Shown piece after piece: positions 1-11,066 of a stretch of 64,000 nt of DNA (within the stretch, counting starts at the first letter, position 1; every line of letters starts with the position of its first letter). Below the pieces are notes generated by a model. It was not told the origin of the DNA and made no database searches. It saw only the letters and a program-made list of their open reading frames with translations. The position numbers and the translations under genes are program-made. The stretch is from Promethearchaeota archaeon (lineage in GTDB: Archaea; Asgardarchaeota; Lokiarchaeia; Sigyniarchaeales; SOKP01): positions 30,270 through 94,269 of the forward strand of contig JAGXNO010000007.1 of NCBI GenBank assembly GCA_019894975.1, in the 5' to 3' direction.

Positions 1-2280
1 GAGTTTAATAGGCGATGCAGTCAATTAATACTTACATTCAAAGAGGGTAGCAGTATCTATGATCTTAGGGATTTGGAAGGTACAAAATCGATTGTTAAAG
101 ATATAGCAAGTGATATTCAAGTCGCTATTGGAATTAAGGAGTATAATATTGATTTACCAAAATTACGAGTTTTAGGAAGGGCAGAGTTTGTGAGTGTATT
201 AATTGTTATCGTTTTTATTTTTGTATCTATTGTAGCAATGCTCATCTCTGGAGTTTTAATTAACGGAATTTTAAAAACCTCAGTAGAAGAGAAAATAAGA
301 GAATATGGTATATTTCGCACACTAGGTGCAAATAAGAAATATAGCCTAGCAATTGTCTTAATGCAAGGATTTTTGTTATGCAATTTAGGCACAATATCAG
401 GAATAGTTGTTGCAGACTTGATATCTAGGTTTGTAATAATACCATTTGCAAATACAGTAGTATCAACATCCACAATAGGTTTTACTAGAATATCATTTTC
501 ATTTAGTTTAACTTCAATATTAATATCTTACGCAATGGGAATAGGTGTTGGAATGATTGTGAGCATATCTCCAGCCTTGAAGGCAATGCGACTTCAACTA
601 ATTGAATCAATTCATCCGTATCGCCATGAAGATACGTTATATCGTTTACAAAAAAGAAGTTCAGTTAACTATAAAATAATTCTTGTTGGTATTATTCTAG
701 CAATAAATGGGGGTTTTGTTTTTTATTTCATTCCGAGGTTATTAATTTCTAATGATTCAAATCTATTTGCAGGAGTATTAATCGCTGTATTATTGCTATT
801 TAACATAGGTTTGACTTTAGCTGGTTTAGGTTTGATACCAATTGTTTTAAGATTTGTGATACAAGTCTTTAGACCTCTTGCAGGGAGGTTACATAACGTA
901 ATTAAAATTTTCGTATTTCGATATCAGAGAAGAAATTCAAGTACAGTAATGATTTTTGCATTATCTTTTTCTTTTGTAATTTTTACATCTACTTTAATAA
1001 ATACTCTTTCAGCACAATCAGCAGCAAATACTCAATTAACATATGGTTCAGATTTAGTTATAGAAACCTCCGGTTGGGAAGAACCTGACGAATCATATAT
1101 GGGAGGATTAGGGGGGGGTCCCTTTTTTCCTCTGTCTATCAATGATGGAGATTTAAGAACTAATGATCTACAAATTCAACAAATATCTATAAATATTGAT
1201 AAAGTTATGACGATAGAATTTGAGGAACAATTACTTTCAATTGATGGAATTGAAAAAGTGTCTTGTGTTATTGCAAAACCTTATCAGTTAACTCAAATCT
1301 ATTCTGAAACTGATAAAGAGTTCAGTGCGGAAATAGAAGATTATACTACAAGTCAAGAAATTACCCTTATTGGAATTGATGAGGAATATCTATACACTGT
1401 TAAAAGGCAATATATTGAAATGACTTCAGGAAGTGTAGAAAGTGCATTTAATAATTTATTTAATGATGAAGATGAGTATACCTGTATTATTTCTGAAGCA
1501 ATTGCAACCGGACTTAATTTACGAATAAGAGATTCAATTAGAATAGTAATCCACAGAGGAGATGAATTAGAAGTTTACTTATTTACGATTGTTGGGATTG
1601 CTAAAAGTATTCCAGGATTTCCTTTTGAATTTGGAGTATCGAATATGCAAGCAATAATGAGTGGTGTTTTAATTTCCCAGAACACATATTTAGAAGTTTT
1701 AGATATACCCCCAATACCATATGTTGATAGAATATTTATTAAATTACGAGAAGATGGTATTGTTTCCCCTTATTATATTGAGGAAATTATTAATGAACTT
1801 TATATAGCAGACTACAACTATAATTTATATAATCTCGAAAGACTAATAACTCAACAGCAATCTGCTTTTTTTATAATAGATACTTTATTTACCTTGATCA
1901 CGATGACTACTGTTTTTATTTGTATTTTTGGATTACTTTCTTCATCCTATTCAACAATAATTGAAAGGAAAAAGGAAGTTGGTATTATAAGAACACTAGG
2001 GTTAAAAGGGAGGGAAATAAATCGTTTGTTCATAATTGAATCATTAATAATAATGTTAAGTAGTGGAACGATAGGAATAATTGTTGGATGGCTTTCTGCG
2101 TGGATAGTAACCTCAAATTTAAGCGTATTAACGGGTGAGCCAAACGTAATATATGTTCCGTGGTTTAATATAATTTTAATATATTTTATTTCAATATTTA
2201 TGATACTAATAGGAATGAAATTACTTTTACGTAAAGTCCGAAAAAAAAAAATAGTAGATATCTATAGAGAGACGATGTGA
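1..2280 (+). CDS. FtsX/MacB-type ABC transporter permease (5'-partial)
   Basis: Frame is open from base 1. Two FtsX-like C-terminal motifs (SVEEKIREYGIFRTLGA; IIERKKEVGIIRTLGL), multiple TM helices and a large extracytoplasmic loop. Confidence 0.9.
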   Translation, partial: EFNRRCSQLILTFKEGSSIYDLRDLEGTKSIVKDIASDIQVAIGIKEYNIDLPKLRVLGRAEFVSVLIVIVFIFVSIVAMLISGVLINGILKTSVEEKIREYGIFRTLGANKKYSLAIVLMQGFLLCNLGTISGIVVADLISRFVIIPFANTVVSTSTIGFTRISFSFSLTSILISYAMGIGVGMIVSISPALKAMRLQLIESIHPYRHEDTLYRLQKRSSVNYKIILVGIILAINGGFVFYFIPRLLISNDSNLFAGVLIAVLLLFNIGLTLAGLGLIPIVLRFVIQVFRPLAGRLHNVIKIFVFRYQRRNSSTVMIFALSFSFVIFTSTLINTLSAQSAANTQLTYGSDLVIETSGWEEPDESYMGGLGGGPFFPLSINDGDLRTNDLQIQQISINIDKVMTIEFEEQLLSIDGIEKVSCVIAKPYQLTQIYSETDKEFSAEIEDYTTSQEITLIGIDEEYLYTVKRQYIEMTSGSVESAFNNLFNDEDEYTCIISEAIATGLNLRIRDSIRIVIHRGDELEVYLFTIVGIAKSIPGFPFEFGVSNMQAIMSGVLISQNTYLEVLDIPPIPYVDRIFIKLREDGIVSPYYIEEIINELYIADYNYNLYNLERLITQQQSAFFIIDTLFTLITMTTVFICIFGLLSSSYSTIIERKKEVGIIRTLGLKGREINRLFIIESLIIMLSSGTIGIIVGWLSAWIVTSNLSVLTGEPNVIYVPWFNIILIYFISIFMILIGMKLLLRKVRKKKIVDIYRETM

Positions 2281-2284
2281 GGTT

Positions 2285-5200
2285 ATGTTAACTATGAAAA
2301 CATTAAAAAGATCAATCAAAATTATTCTAATTCTCATAATCCTCATTGCCCCCTTATATTTCAATATTAATTTAATAAAGTTGAAGTCTAAAGGAATAGA
2401 TGAAAATAAAAATGATTTCTTAAGATCTACGGATATTGCTGGAACAGATCTTTATGCTGAGCAAATTGAAGTATATGTAGCGGGAAACAAATCTATCATC
2501 AAGCAATCCCTCTTTTCAAATGACACTAATATTTTTTCTCAATTCGATTTAAATGATCCTGCTTTCTATAAATGTAATGTATTAATTAGTGCTTCAAACA
2601 CTCTCAAACCAGATATATTCCCAATTCCTTTAACAGAAAGTATGATCCCTGATCAGTTTGCTTCAGGATTCAATAGATTTGTGGGATTCTTATATTATGA
2701 TGATGAAGTTATTTCAAGTGATGCAAATTCAAGAGCTGAAAGGGCATTAGAGATTATTCGTAGGAAATTTCAAATTGACCTTATCATAGTTAATGTATCT
2801 GAACCCAATTTTTTTCCTTTTGTAGGAGATTATCCTGATTGGGCTCTTTTACTTAATGAACTTACTAATAATCTACCAATGGATGGATATTGGAAAGCCT
2901 TAGATCTTTCTCGCTTAACTAGTGAAGAATATTTCAATAACCATCATTTATCCTCTACATTTATAATTTTAAATTCTTTAAACTTTTTCGAAGGTGATTT
3001 CGAGATTACTACTTCTCAATTAGACTTTAGTATTAATTCCCTTGATTTATCTTTCTTGGAGAATATAGAAAATAATGAACTCATTGAACAATTTAATAAT
3101 ATTTTAGATAATTATGGTGAGATACTCAATGCTACTATTTCAGAGGATGAATTGGAGCAATTTTTTGAAATTCTAAATTCATTTACTTTATTGAATAATT
3201 CTCATTATACTAATTTAGTAATACAATATGAGGGATTGCCCGAGGGAATATCTGAAATAAAGGAAAATCAGTATAGGTTTGATCTATGGGATGCCATTGG
3301 TTATCATGGTGAACCTCTTGCACCCAGTGAGAAAATTTATATTGCTCTTGTAGGTGCTTTTATGACAGATATTGAGATTAATATATTATGTACTGAAATT
3401 GTAGACACAACCCCGGTTAATTTCGAATTTTATGATTATCTTTTGGAGCAAATTGGACTAATTTTTTATCTTGCTGGTATTGAATTCGATATACAAGCGC
3501 TTAAAGAATATTCATTTGAATTGTATTGGGTAAATGAAGAGGGGTTCAAGAATACTTATATTAAACCTGTTAATGTAGGTGATCCTTATGATATAGTTAA
3601 TTTACTCCAACAGTTAGGTTTTAAAGGTTTTTCTTATATTCCTACTGGAATCGTAAATCCGTTTGAAGATTTTTCAATTACTTATAATATTTCGAATTCA
3701 GAACCCAATTTATTACTTCGAAAAGAACTTGTCGGAGATAATGCTTCCTATGGAGCATTTCGAGATTTCTCGTATTATATATCTGCTGAAAATGTAGGAA
3801 ACACTACTAGTTGGGGATATCCAACCCCAATTCCTCTAGAACTTAACGATTTCTTTTTACTTTTAACATTAGGTAATCAACCATTAGCAGATGAATTAAA
3901 TAGTGTACTTTGGGATGTAATTCGCATTGAATACCCTAATCAATATAGTTCCTTGGAGGATTTTTTTAACTTTGATGAAGATCCTCTTATTTTTTATTTT
4001 GATTCTCTAGGTACAGGAGTTTACGATACATTTTTTCCAGATATATTGGATTTTACCAATTTATGGCCTTACAACGATAAAATAGAGAATATTATTGATA
4101 TAATTGTGGTAGGTTATCCGCAATTAATTAGCACCTTAGCAATATTAGGTTTATCTACTGAAGACCTTAGGAATATATTTACTAATAATAATAGTATATG
4201 GAATGATGAAAACTGGAAAATAGAGCCAGGAAATAATATTTCTTACTATCTCCACAATGTTTCAATCAGCGAAATAGATTCTTTTACTCCAATATTTTCT
4301 AATAATTTTACCATAGGAACTGACCCTCAGACTCCTGAGATAATTTATGGAACATCAATTAATGGAACTATCCCTGAAATGGCACTCTCGATGGATACAG
4401 AAAAATGGGTTATAGAATCGGTTGAAAGGCTTTTAAATCAAAGAATTGAACTAAATTTCGTTTTTAGAAATGATACTTTACTGGATTTAAAGAAGGATCC
4501 TTTAGAAATGGTTTCAATCATTATTAATTTTAGTGCCCCAGATTCGTTAGATTCATTAGATTTTGAAATTTATAATTTTGAGCTTGAGGAATTTGAAAAT
4601 TTGGAGCCTTATTTAACGTCTTTTGAAAATAACTCATGGAAATTCTCAATTGTTAACAATAATAATAGCTTAGATTGGTTATTTTATCCATTAGAACAAG
4701 ATAATCATACTATGCTTTTCAAACTTAGAGGAATTGATTCTGATAATTTTAATATATCTATTAATGACCTTGATGTAGAATTTTCAACACGTGATATAAA
4801 TATTAATGAAGATTCAGGTTCAAGAGTTGTTTACGGCTCTAGTACAGGTAATGTTCAATATGAAAGAAGATCTAATTCCATATCATTGAGCAATTATGAT
4901 ATGGCATCAATTATCCTCACTTCTTCTCTAGATAGTTATAGTTCAAAAGAAGGAGATCTTAATAATTATCATCTTAATCTCAAAAATATTGGTTCTAGAC
5001 CTGCTGAGAATATTTCAATTTCTTTAAAAATTCCAGGGATAGTAGGAAATACCGGCAATTTCATACTTGAAAATGGTAATTTAACACATTTTATATCAAA
5101 GTTGGAGCCATTTGAAAATAGAACAATTAATTTTTCTTTTTACGTGCCGAATACAAGGACCATTAGTGAAATATCAATAACGTATAATAACCCTAAAAAC

Positions 5201-6205
5201 GTTCAGGGAGGAATTTCGTCTGAAATTGTTACCTTAACCAATGAAGTTTATGTATCAGCACCACTAGATTATGAGAATAAATTTCCTTTTGTAAGATTAT
5301 TAGAAATCAAATGTGATTATGACAATACCTTGCTTAATCAAAGTTTGTTTAACTTTACTTATAGTCTAAAAAGTTTTAATCCTAATGGAATTAAAACACC
5401 AGATATTAACATATCTATATATGACCAGATCGGAGATCTTAGGAGAGTAGATACTAATGACTTATATTTTGAAGACTTAGAATTTAATGAAACAATTTCA
5501 TTTAATATAACAATTAGTAAAACTGGATGGAGAGGATATTACTATCCTGCAATAAATTATATTGAAAGTTCAGAAGCTAAAACTATTCAAATCTTAAGCT
5601 CCTCATCAAGTATACTCGGAGTAATTAATTTTTCAATAACTAAATATGTAGATAAAGAGCATATTAGAATTGGGGAAGAAATAACTGTATTCATCGAAGT
5701 CAAAAATACAGGTACCTTAAAAGTAGAAGATATCACGGTCAGAGATACAACTAGTTATTCCCAATCAGATTTTATGTTAATTAACGGCAAATTAATTAAT
5801 CTTATAAATAGCTTAGAACCTGGAGAAATTGTCTCAATAAATTATACAATTCGAGCAAGGAAACAAGGTATAGTCACTTTAAAACCAGCTTTCCTTGAAT
5901 TTTATTATTTATATAAATTAGAGTTATTTTCTAATAATGTTTTCATCAAAGTCAACTCATCTCCATTTGATCAATCTGTCTATATTATAGTCGCTGGAAT
6001 TGTGGCTATCACTATTCTTTTAATATATTATAGTCAAAATTCTAGATATAAAAAGAGTAAAGATAAGTTAGAAAGAAGAGAAAAGCTTATATTAAAGATG
6101 GATTCAAGAGAAGCAATTATGGGAACAAAACCCACCTTAAGAGACCAATTAAGATTTTTATCGAGATCTACCAAAGAAAAAAATGATGTGGGGAGGAAAT
6201 TATGA
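2285..6205 (+). CDS. Large secreted, membrane-anchored surface protein with C-terminal CARDB/BatD/DUF11-like beta domains
   Basis: N-terminal signal/TM segment; many N-x-S/T sequons; Ig-like motifs (LNLKNIGSRPAENISI; IEVKNTGTLKVEDITVRD); C-terminal TM followed by a basic tail. Confidence 0.7.
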   Translation: MLTMKTLKRSIKIILILIILIAPLYFNINLIKLKSKGIDENKNDFLRSTDIAGTDLYAEQIEVYVAGNKSIIKQSLFSNDTNIFSQFDLNDPAFYKCNVLISASNTLKPDIFPIPLTESMIPDQFASGFNRFVGFLYYDDEVISSDANSRAERALEIIRRKFQIDLIIVNVSEPNFFPFVGDYPDWALLLNELTNNLPMDGYWKALDLSRLTSEEYFNNHHLSSTFIILNSLNFFEGDFEITTSQLDFSINSLDLSFLENIENNELIEQFNNILDNYGEILNATISEDELEQFFEILNSFTLLNNSHYTNLVIQYEGLPEGISEIKENQYRFDLWDAIGYHGEPLAPSEKIYIALVGAFMTDIEINILCTEIVDTTPVNFEFYDYLLEQIGLIFYLAGIEFDIQALKEYSFELYWVNEEGFKNTYIKPVNVGDPYDIVNLLQQLGFKGFSYIPTGIVNPFEDFSITYNISNSEPNLLLRKELVGDNASYGAFRDFSYYISAENVGNTTSWGYPTPIPLELNDFFLLLTLGNQPLADELNSVLWDVIRIEYPNQYSSLEDFFNFDEDPLIFYFDSLGTGVYDTFFPDILDFTNLWPYNDKIENIIDIIVVGYPQLISTLAILGLSTEDLRNIFTNNNSIWNDENWKIEPGNNISYYLHNVSISEIDSFTPIFSNNFTIGTDPQTPEIIYGTSINGTIPEMALSMDTEKWVIESVERLLNQRIELNFVFRNDTLLDLKKDPLEMVSIIINFSAPDSLDSLDFEIYNFELEEFENLEPYLTSFENNSWKFSIVNNNNSLDWLFYPLEQDNHTMLFKLRGIDSDNFNISINDLDVEFSTRDININEDSGSRVVYGSSTGNVQYERRSNSISLSNYDMASIILTSSLDSYSSKEGDLNNYHLNLKNIGSRPAENISISLKIPGIVGNTGNFILENGNLTHFISKLEPFENRTINFSFYVPNTRTISEISITYNNPKNVQGGISSEIVTLTNEVYVSAPLDYENKFPFVRLLEIKCDYDNTLLNQSLFNFTYSLKSFNPNGIKTPDINISIYDQIGDLRRVDTNDLYFEDLEFNETISFNITISKTGWRGYYYPAINYIESSEAKTIQILSSSSSILGVINFSITKYVDKEHIRIGEEITVFIEVKNTGTLKVEDITVRDTTSYSQSDFMLINGKLINLINSLEPGEIVSINYTIRARKQGIVTLKPAFLEFYYLYKLELFSNNVFIKVNSSPFDQSVYIIVAGIVAITILLIYYSQNSRYKKSKDKLERREKLILKMDSREAIMGTKPTLRDQLRFLSRSTKEKNDVGRKL

Positions 6206-9200
6206 TGCCAAATAAACGATCAAAAGCACTACTTATAGTTTTTAGTCTATTAGCCACATTTTTCTACTCGAACTTATTGGTTTTTCAATTATCTCAAAGT
6301 TCTTCTAGTGCTCCAGAATTTGATTTTAAAAATGATTATATTTCATCCTCAAGTAGTTTTCAAAAAGAAATTATTGTGTACTTCAATAAATCTACATACA
6401 ACAACTCTGTCATTTCAAAATTTAATTACTATGGAGGAACAATTCAAGATGAATGGAATAATTTATTTTCTTCTTTTTCTGGCTTTGCGGGGATTATTCC
6501 TTCAGAACAAAATAAGACACTATTCCATAATGAATTCCTTGATGCCCAAATAGAAAATAATGAGATTTTGGAAACTTTAATGAATTATGCTTCGATTCAA
6601 TCAGGAGCAATCAATTCCAGTTGGTTTTTAAATGGATACAAAGGGGAAACAAATTGTTCCATTGCCGTGTTAGATACAGGGATTAATCCAACTCATACTT
6701 TTTTTCCAAATGGATATGACCATACTGATCTCAGAGGAGATATTGTTGGTTGGGAGAATCTAATTAATCCTAATCCTATATCTGATGAAAATGGTCATGG
6801 AACATATATATCTTCAATAATTTCTGGTACTGGTAATTATGAATATAATTCAACTAATCCTATATCGTTAAAAATTAACGGAAACTATTCTCATACAGAG
6901 CTGTTTGAAGAATCCTCTCCTGCGAAAAATTATAGTCTAAAAATTCTTTCATTTAATGCTAGCACTCCTGATTCAGAGATTTTAGTAAATTCGTCATGGA
7001 ATTTGCAAAGCAGTGGAATAGATGATCTATGGTTCGAATTGTTTTATGAAAATAATTTGGTAGGATATTCTCATAACCTAAACACAGATGTAAATTATAT
7101 TATAAATTATACAATTCCTCAAAATGAGATTGGGATCTATGATTTATATATAAAATACCATAAACAATTTCAAAAAATTCCTGTATTTTCGTTTAGGACC
7201 TCAACACGCTATTATCCTGAATTTTTTATCAAGGATTATAGATACAACACTGGAATAGCAAATGGAACAAAGATAGCTTCCTATAAAATTCTTAATCAGT
7301 CTGGAATGGGATATTCTTCAGATTTAATCTCTGCTTTAGCTCATGTTATCAAAAATAGAACTGCATATCACATTATTAGTGTTTGTTTGAGTATCGGTAC
7401 AATAGGGGATGATGTGGGAGCAATTAATAATGCAATAAATGAGGTTATTAAAAATGGTGTTTTGGTTGTTATTGCTGCAGGAAATTCAGGGATTGAAACG
7501 TCGGATGCTTTGAATAAATTAGCAACAAACGAAAATGCAATTGTAGTTGGAGCAATAAATGACAAAGATCAAGTTGCTTCTTTTAGTAGCATGGGGAAAA
7601 TAGCAGGAAATACTCTTAAACCTGATATTGTTGCTCCAGGGGGTAGTCTATTATCTGGACACCGAACTATAAACTCTGCTGGTGAAGAATCAAATGAAAT
7701 AACAACAGGTTATGGTACTTCTATTGCTGCAGCTATAGTATCAGGAGCAATAAATTTACTGATTGAGGCTAAATGGGTAAATTGGAATCAATGGGATCAA
7801 ATGAACATTTCTGAATCGGTTAAATATCTTAAAGCAATCTTATTAATGACTGCTTCAGAAACGGGTATGCTAAGAGAAGATGACCCAAATACGATAGAGG
7901 ATGAAAGTACTTATTCACCAACAACATCTTTTGCTCCTTTTACTTATGGTTTAAAAGATATTCATGAAGGATATGGAAGAGTAAATATTCAGGCGGCTAT
8001 TGATGCAATTTCTAAAACTTTTGAAGTTAATACATCTGTTAATGGGAATCTGATGAACTCTCAAGAAGATCCGATAGGTTCTCACGTGTTTGCTCGTAAA
8101 ATAGAACTAATAGAAGGTTACCAGTATCTCTTTAATCTCTCTGATGTAGATGCAGAGGATGATTTTGATTTATATTTATTTTCAAATACATCAAATCAAT
8201 ATGGAGAACCTATTTTACTAGAGTCTTCAAGAAAATGGTATGGGGATTTTGATTATTTTTATTTTACCCCAAAAAATAATCAAACAAACTGTATCATCAC
8301 GATTAAAGCAATTGAAGGAAATTCTCAGTTTTCTTTGAATGTCTCAGTGGTTGAAAATCTTTTTGAACCTGAATTAAGAATTCCAGAAATTAATTATTTT
8401 GGTGGTGTTAAAAACACAACAATAATGAGCTTTCAGGAATTTTTTGGAAATGAGCCGAATAAAAATTACAGCATTGATAGCTATAGATTTTATATTGAAT
8501 ATTATGACAATGACACCTCAAACATTCCACCTCAGGAGGTTTATGTATCAATTATGGGGATTTCCACAAACTATACCTTAACAAAGTTTAATCCTCTTGA
8601 TAATAATTTTACCAACGGAGCGCTCTACATAAGTGACTATATATCTTTCCCAAGATCTGGTTTGTTTCAATATTTTTTTATCACAAGTGATGGGAAATTT
8701 ATTACTAGGTATCCAAAAATGGGTTTTTTTAATATCACAATTGAATTTCCAACAGATAGTGTCCAATTTCCTTTTGAACATGATTTCGACGATGGCTTGG
8801 GTAATTGGACATATACTGGAACGGGTTGGAATGTATTGAATCAGTCCAATAATAAAGATAATCGATCAAGAATTTATCAAGATTCTTGGAATTCATTATA
8901 TTTTGGTACTCATCATAATTTTCCAGAAAATTATACTTATCAACCAATTAGAATAACAGAAGACCCTTCCCTAAATGGATCTTTAATTAGCCCTCTTTAT
9001 AATTTGACTCAAATTAATGAGAATAAAACACAACCATTTGCTAAATTTGGTTTAAGAGTTAGTATCAATTCAGGTGATTTCGTAAATTTACAAATAAATT
9101 TAAATTGGACCGGATGGTTGACACTCAGGACTTACACTGATGAAGAAAGCGATTGGTCTATGGAAGAAATTAACCTTACGGATTACATTGGTTATTTTGT

Positions 9201-11034
9201 TCAATTTAAATTTGAAACTAATTTAGATAATACATTTGACCCCATAAATTATAAAGGATTCATCCTAGATTATTTTTCCATAACGAATTATACCAATCAT
9301 CACTCACCTTTAATTAAATTCAATTTAGATAAAAATATACCAATTACACATGAATCTAAATTTCATCAATTTGTAGTTTCATGCGAATATTTTGATTTAG
9401 ATAATAACTATCCCGAATACATCTATCTTGAAATGGATACCAAAAATTACACTATGTATAATATTTATGGAGATTGGAACGCTAACTCCTCTCAAGTAGA
9501 AGATTATGGTATCTTATTCTTAAGATCCTTAATATTTGAAGAAATTGTAAACCAATCTTTCCGTTTTCATATTTCAGATGGTAAATTTATGAACACTACA
9601 CATTGGTATAATTTAAATAACTCTATTTTTCAATTTATTGAACCTATTCCGTTAGAATTTAATGTAATGCAAGATCAAAAGTTTATAGGATATGAGTTTT
9701 CAAGTAGTAATTTGTCAGATTATTATGTATTGGGTGTTCCTTTACCAAAAGAATTCAATGCTTGGTTAGGAGGGGATAACTCCTGGCATCCATTTGTACG
9801 TTTAGGAGAACACTTTATCTATGGGGGACTAGGACAAACTTATGGGAGTATTAATCAAGGTTATGGAAATAACTGGAATGCAAAATTAGTTACAAGAGTT
9901 CTTAGTTTAAAGAGCGAGTACAACATTTACCTTGAATTTAATCAGGAAATTTCGTTACAAAATGAATTCTTTCAACCCGATGATCAATTAGATCGATGTA
10001 TCGTGTCAATTTCAAAAGACTTTGGTTCCTCTTGGGAGATGCTCAAGGAATACACATACGATACAGAATCCCTTTTTGGAATAGAAAAGATTGACATAAC
10101 TGCATATTCAGGAGAGGATATAATGATTATGTTTACTCTAAACTCAAATAATGTAGTAATGGGTATAGGGTATGGTTGGTTAATAAATAACATATATATT
10201 GGTTATGATAAGACAACAGATTTTATCTCCCCTGAAGTAGAAATCATCAATCCTACAAACGAGACTACAGTTAAATCCCTCATTTCAATAAGAGCAAAAT
10301 TAACTGATGATATTGAAATAGATGAATCGAGAATATATGTGTTTCTCAATGATAAAAGTATTGACAGATCAAAGCTCATATTTAATAGTACAACGAATAT
10401 TTTAGAGTTTACTTGGAATACCAACAATGTTAAAGACGGTAGAGTTGAAATTAGAGTTGTAGTCTATGATAAAGCAGGAAATATTGCTGAAAATACTATT
10501 ATAGTGAGGGTAACTAATGGAAGATGGTGGAACCTGTGGGGACCGTATATAATTTTGGTAAGTTGTGTTATTGTTCTTAGCATTGGGTTATATCTTATCG
10601 CTGAAAAAAAAGGGAAATTCTGGGTAGAAAAAATAAAAGAAGGACGAGTAGAAAAAATTAGATTGGGTGACATAGACAAAGATCAGGCAATTAAAAGAAT
10701 AGAGCTTCTTGAACCAGATGAAGAATTGAAAAAGTCTTTAACACTCTATTGTAAATATTGCCGTTCGTGGTTTACTGCAGAAAAATTTGATATAATTTGT
10801 CCAAAGTGCAACCATGACCAAATTTACGCTGCCTATAATTGTTTAAATTGTGGGAGATGGTGGTGGAAAGATGAACCGGGTGAAAATTTTTACTGTAAAA
10901 GTAAGGGTTGTAAAGGAATCAGATTAATCAGGAGAGATAAAAAGGATGTTCAAGAGCTTTTAGCTCAAAAAGGTAAAATTTTAAGAAAATTTGATAGTGA
11001 AAAAAAAAAATTTAGTATTCTGAATGGTGATTGA
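6202..11034 (+). CDS. S8 (subtilisin-like) serine protease, membrane-anchored, with cytoplasmic Zn-ribbon tail
   Basis: Catalytic motifs VLDTG (Asp), NGHGTYIS (His), AAGNSG (oxyanion Asn) and GTSIAA (Ser); signal peptide and propeptide-like region; C-terminal TM followed by CKYC, CPKC, CLNC, CKSKGC. ATGA overlap with the upstream gene. Confidence 0.9.
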   Translation: MMPNKRSKALLIVFSLLATFFYSNLLVFQLSQSSSSAPEFDFKNDYISSSSSFQKEIIVYFNKSTYNNSVISKFNYYGGTIQDEWNNLFSSFSGFAGIIPSEQNKTLFHNEFLDAQIENNEILETLMNYASIQSGAINSSWFLNGYKGETNCSIAVLDTGINPTHTFFPNGYDHTDLRGDIVGWENLINPNPISDENGHGTYISSIISGTGNYEYNSTNPISLKINGNYSHTELFEESSPAKNYSLKILSFNASTPDSEILVNSSWNLQSSGIDDLWFELFYENNLVGYSHNLNTDVNYIINYTIPQNEIGIYDLYIKYHKQFQKIPVFSFRTSTRYYPEFFIKDYRYNTGIANGTKIASYKILNQSGMGYSSDLISALAHVIKNRTAYHIISVCLSIGTIGDDVGAINNAINEVIKNGVLVVIAAGNSGIETSDALNKLATNENAIVVGAINDKDQVASFSSMGKIAGNTLKPDIVAPGGSLLSGHRTINSAGEESNEITTGYGTSIAAAIVSGAINLLIEAKWVNWNQWDQMNISESVKYLKAILLMTASETGMLREDDPNTIEDESTYSPTTSFAPFTYGLKDIHEGYGRVNIQAAIDAISKTFEVNTSVNGNLMNSQEDPIGSHVFARKIELIEGYQYLFNLSDVDAEDDFDLYLFSNTSNQYGEPILLESSRKWYGDFDYFYFTPKNNQTNCIITIKAIEGNSQFSLNVSVVENLFEPELRIPEINYFGGVKNTTIMSFQEFFGNEPNKNYSIDSYRFYIEYYDNDTSNIPPQEVYVSIMGISTNYTLTKFNPLDNNFTNGALYISDYISFPRSGLFQYFFITSDGKFITRYPKMGFFNITIEFPTDSVQFPFEHDFDDGLGNWTYTGTGWNVLNQSNNKDNRSRIYQDSWNSLYFGTHHNFPENYTYQPIRITEDPSLNGSLISPLYNLTQINENKTQPFAKFGLRVSINSGDFVNLQINLNWTGWLTLRTYTDEESDWSMEEINLTDYIGYFVQFKFETNLDNTFDPINYKGFILDYFSITNYTNHHSPLIKFNLDKNIPITHESKFHQFVVSCEYFDLDNNYPEYIYLEMDTKNYTMYNIYGDWNANSSQVEDYGILFLRSLIFEEIVNQSFRFHISDGKFMNTTHWYNLNNSIFQFIEPIPLEFNVMQDQKFIGYEFSSSNLSDYYVLGVPLPKEFNAWLGGDNSWHPFVRLGEHFIYGGLGQTYGSINQGYGNNWNAKLVTRVLSLKSEYNIYLEFNQEISLQNEFFQPDDQLDRCIVSISKDFGSSWEMLKEYTYDTESLFGIEKIDITAYSGEDIMIMFTLNSNNVVMGIGYGWLINNIYIGYDKTTDFISPEVEIINPTNETTVKSLISIRAKLTDDIEIDESRIYVFLNDKSIDRSKLIFNSTTNILEFTWNTNNVKDGRVEIRVVVYDKAGNIAENTIIVRVTNGRWWNLWGPYIILVSCVIVLSIGLYLIAEKKGKFWVEKIKEGRVEKIRLGDIDKDQAIKRIELLEPDEELKKSLTLYCKYCRSWFTAEKFDIICPKCNHDQIYAAYNCLNCGRWWWKDEPGENFYCKSKGCKGIRLIRRDKKDVQELLAQKGKILRKFDSEKKKFSILNGD

Positions 11035-11066
11035 AAAAATGATATTGCGGTGAGAAAAGCATAGAA

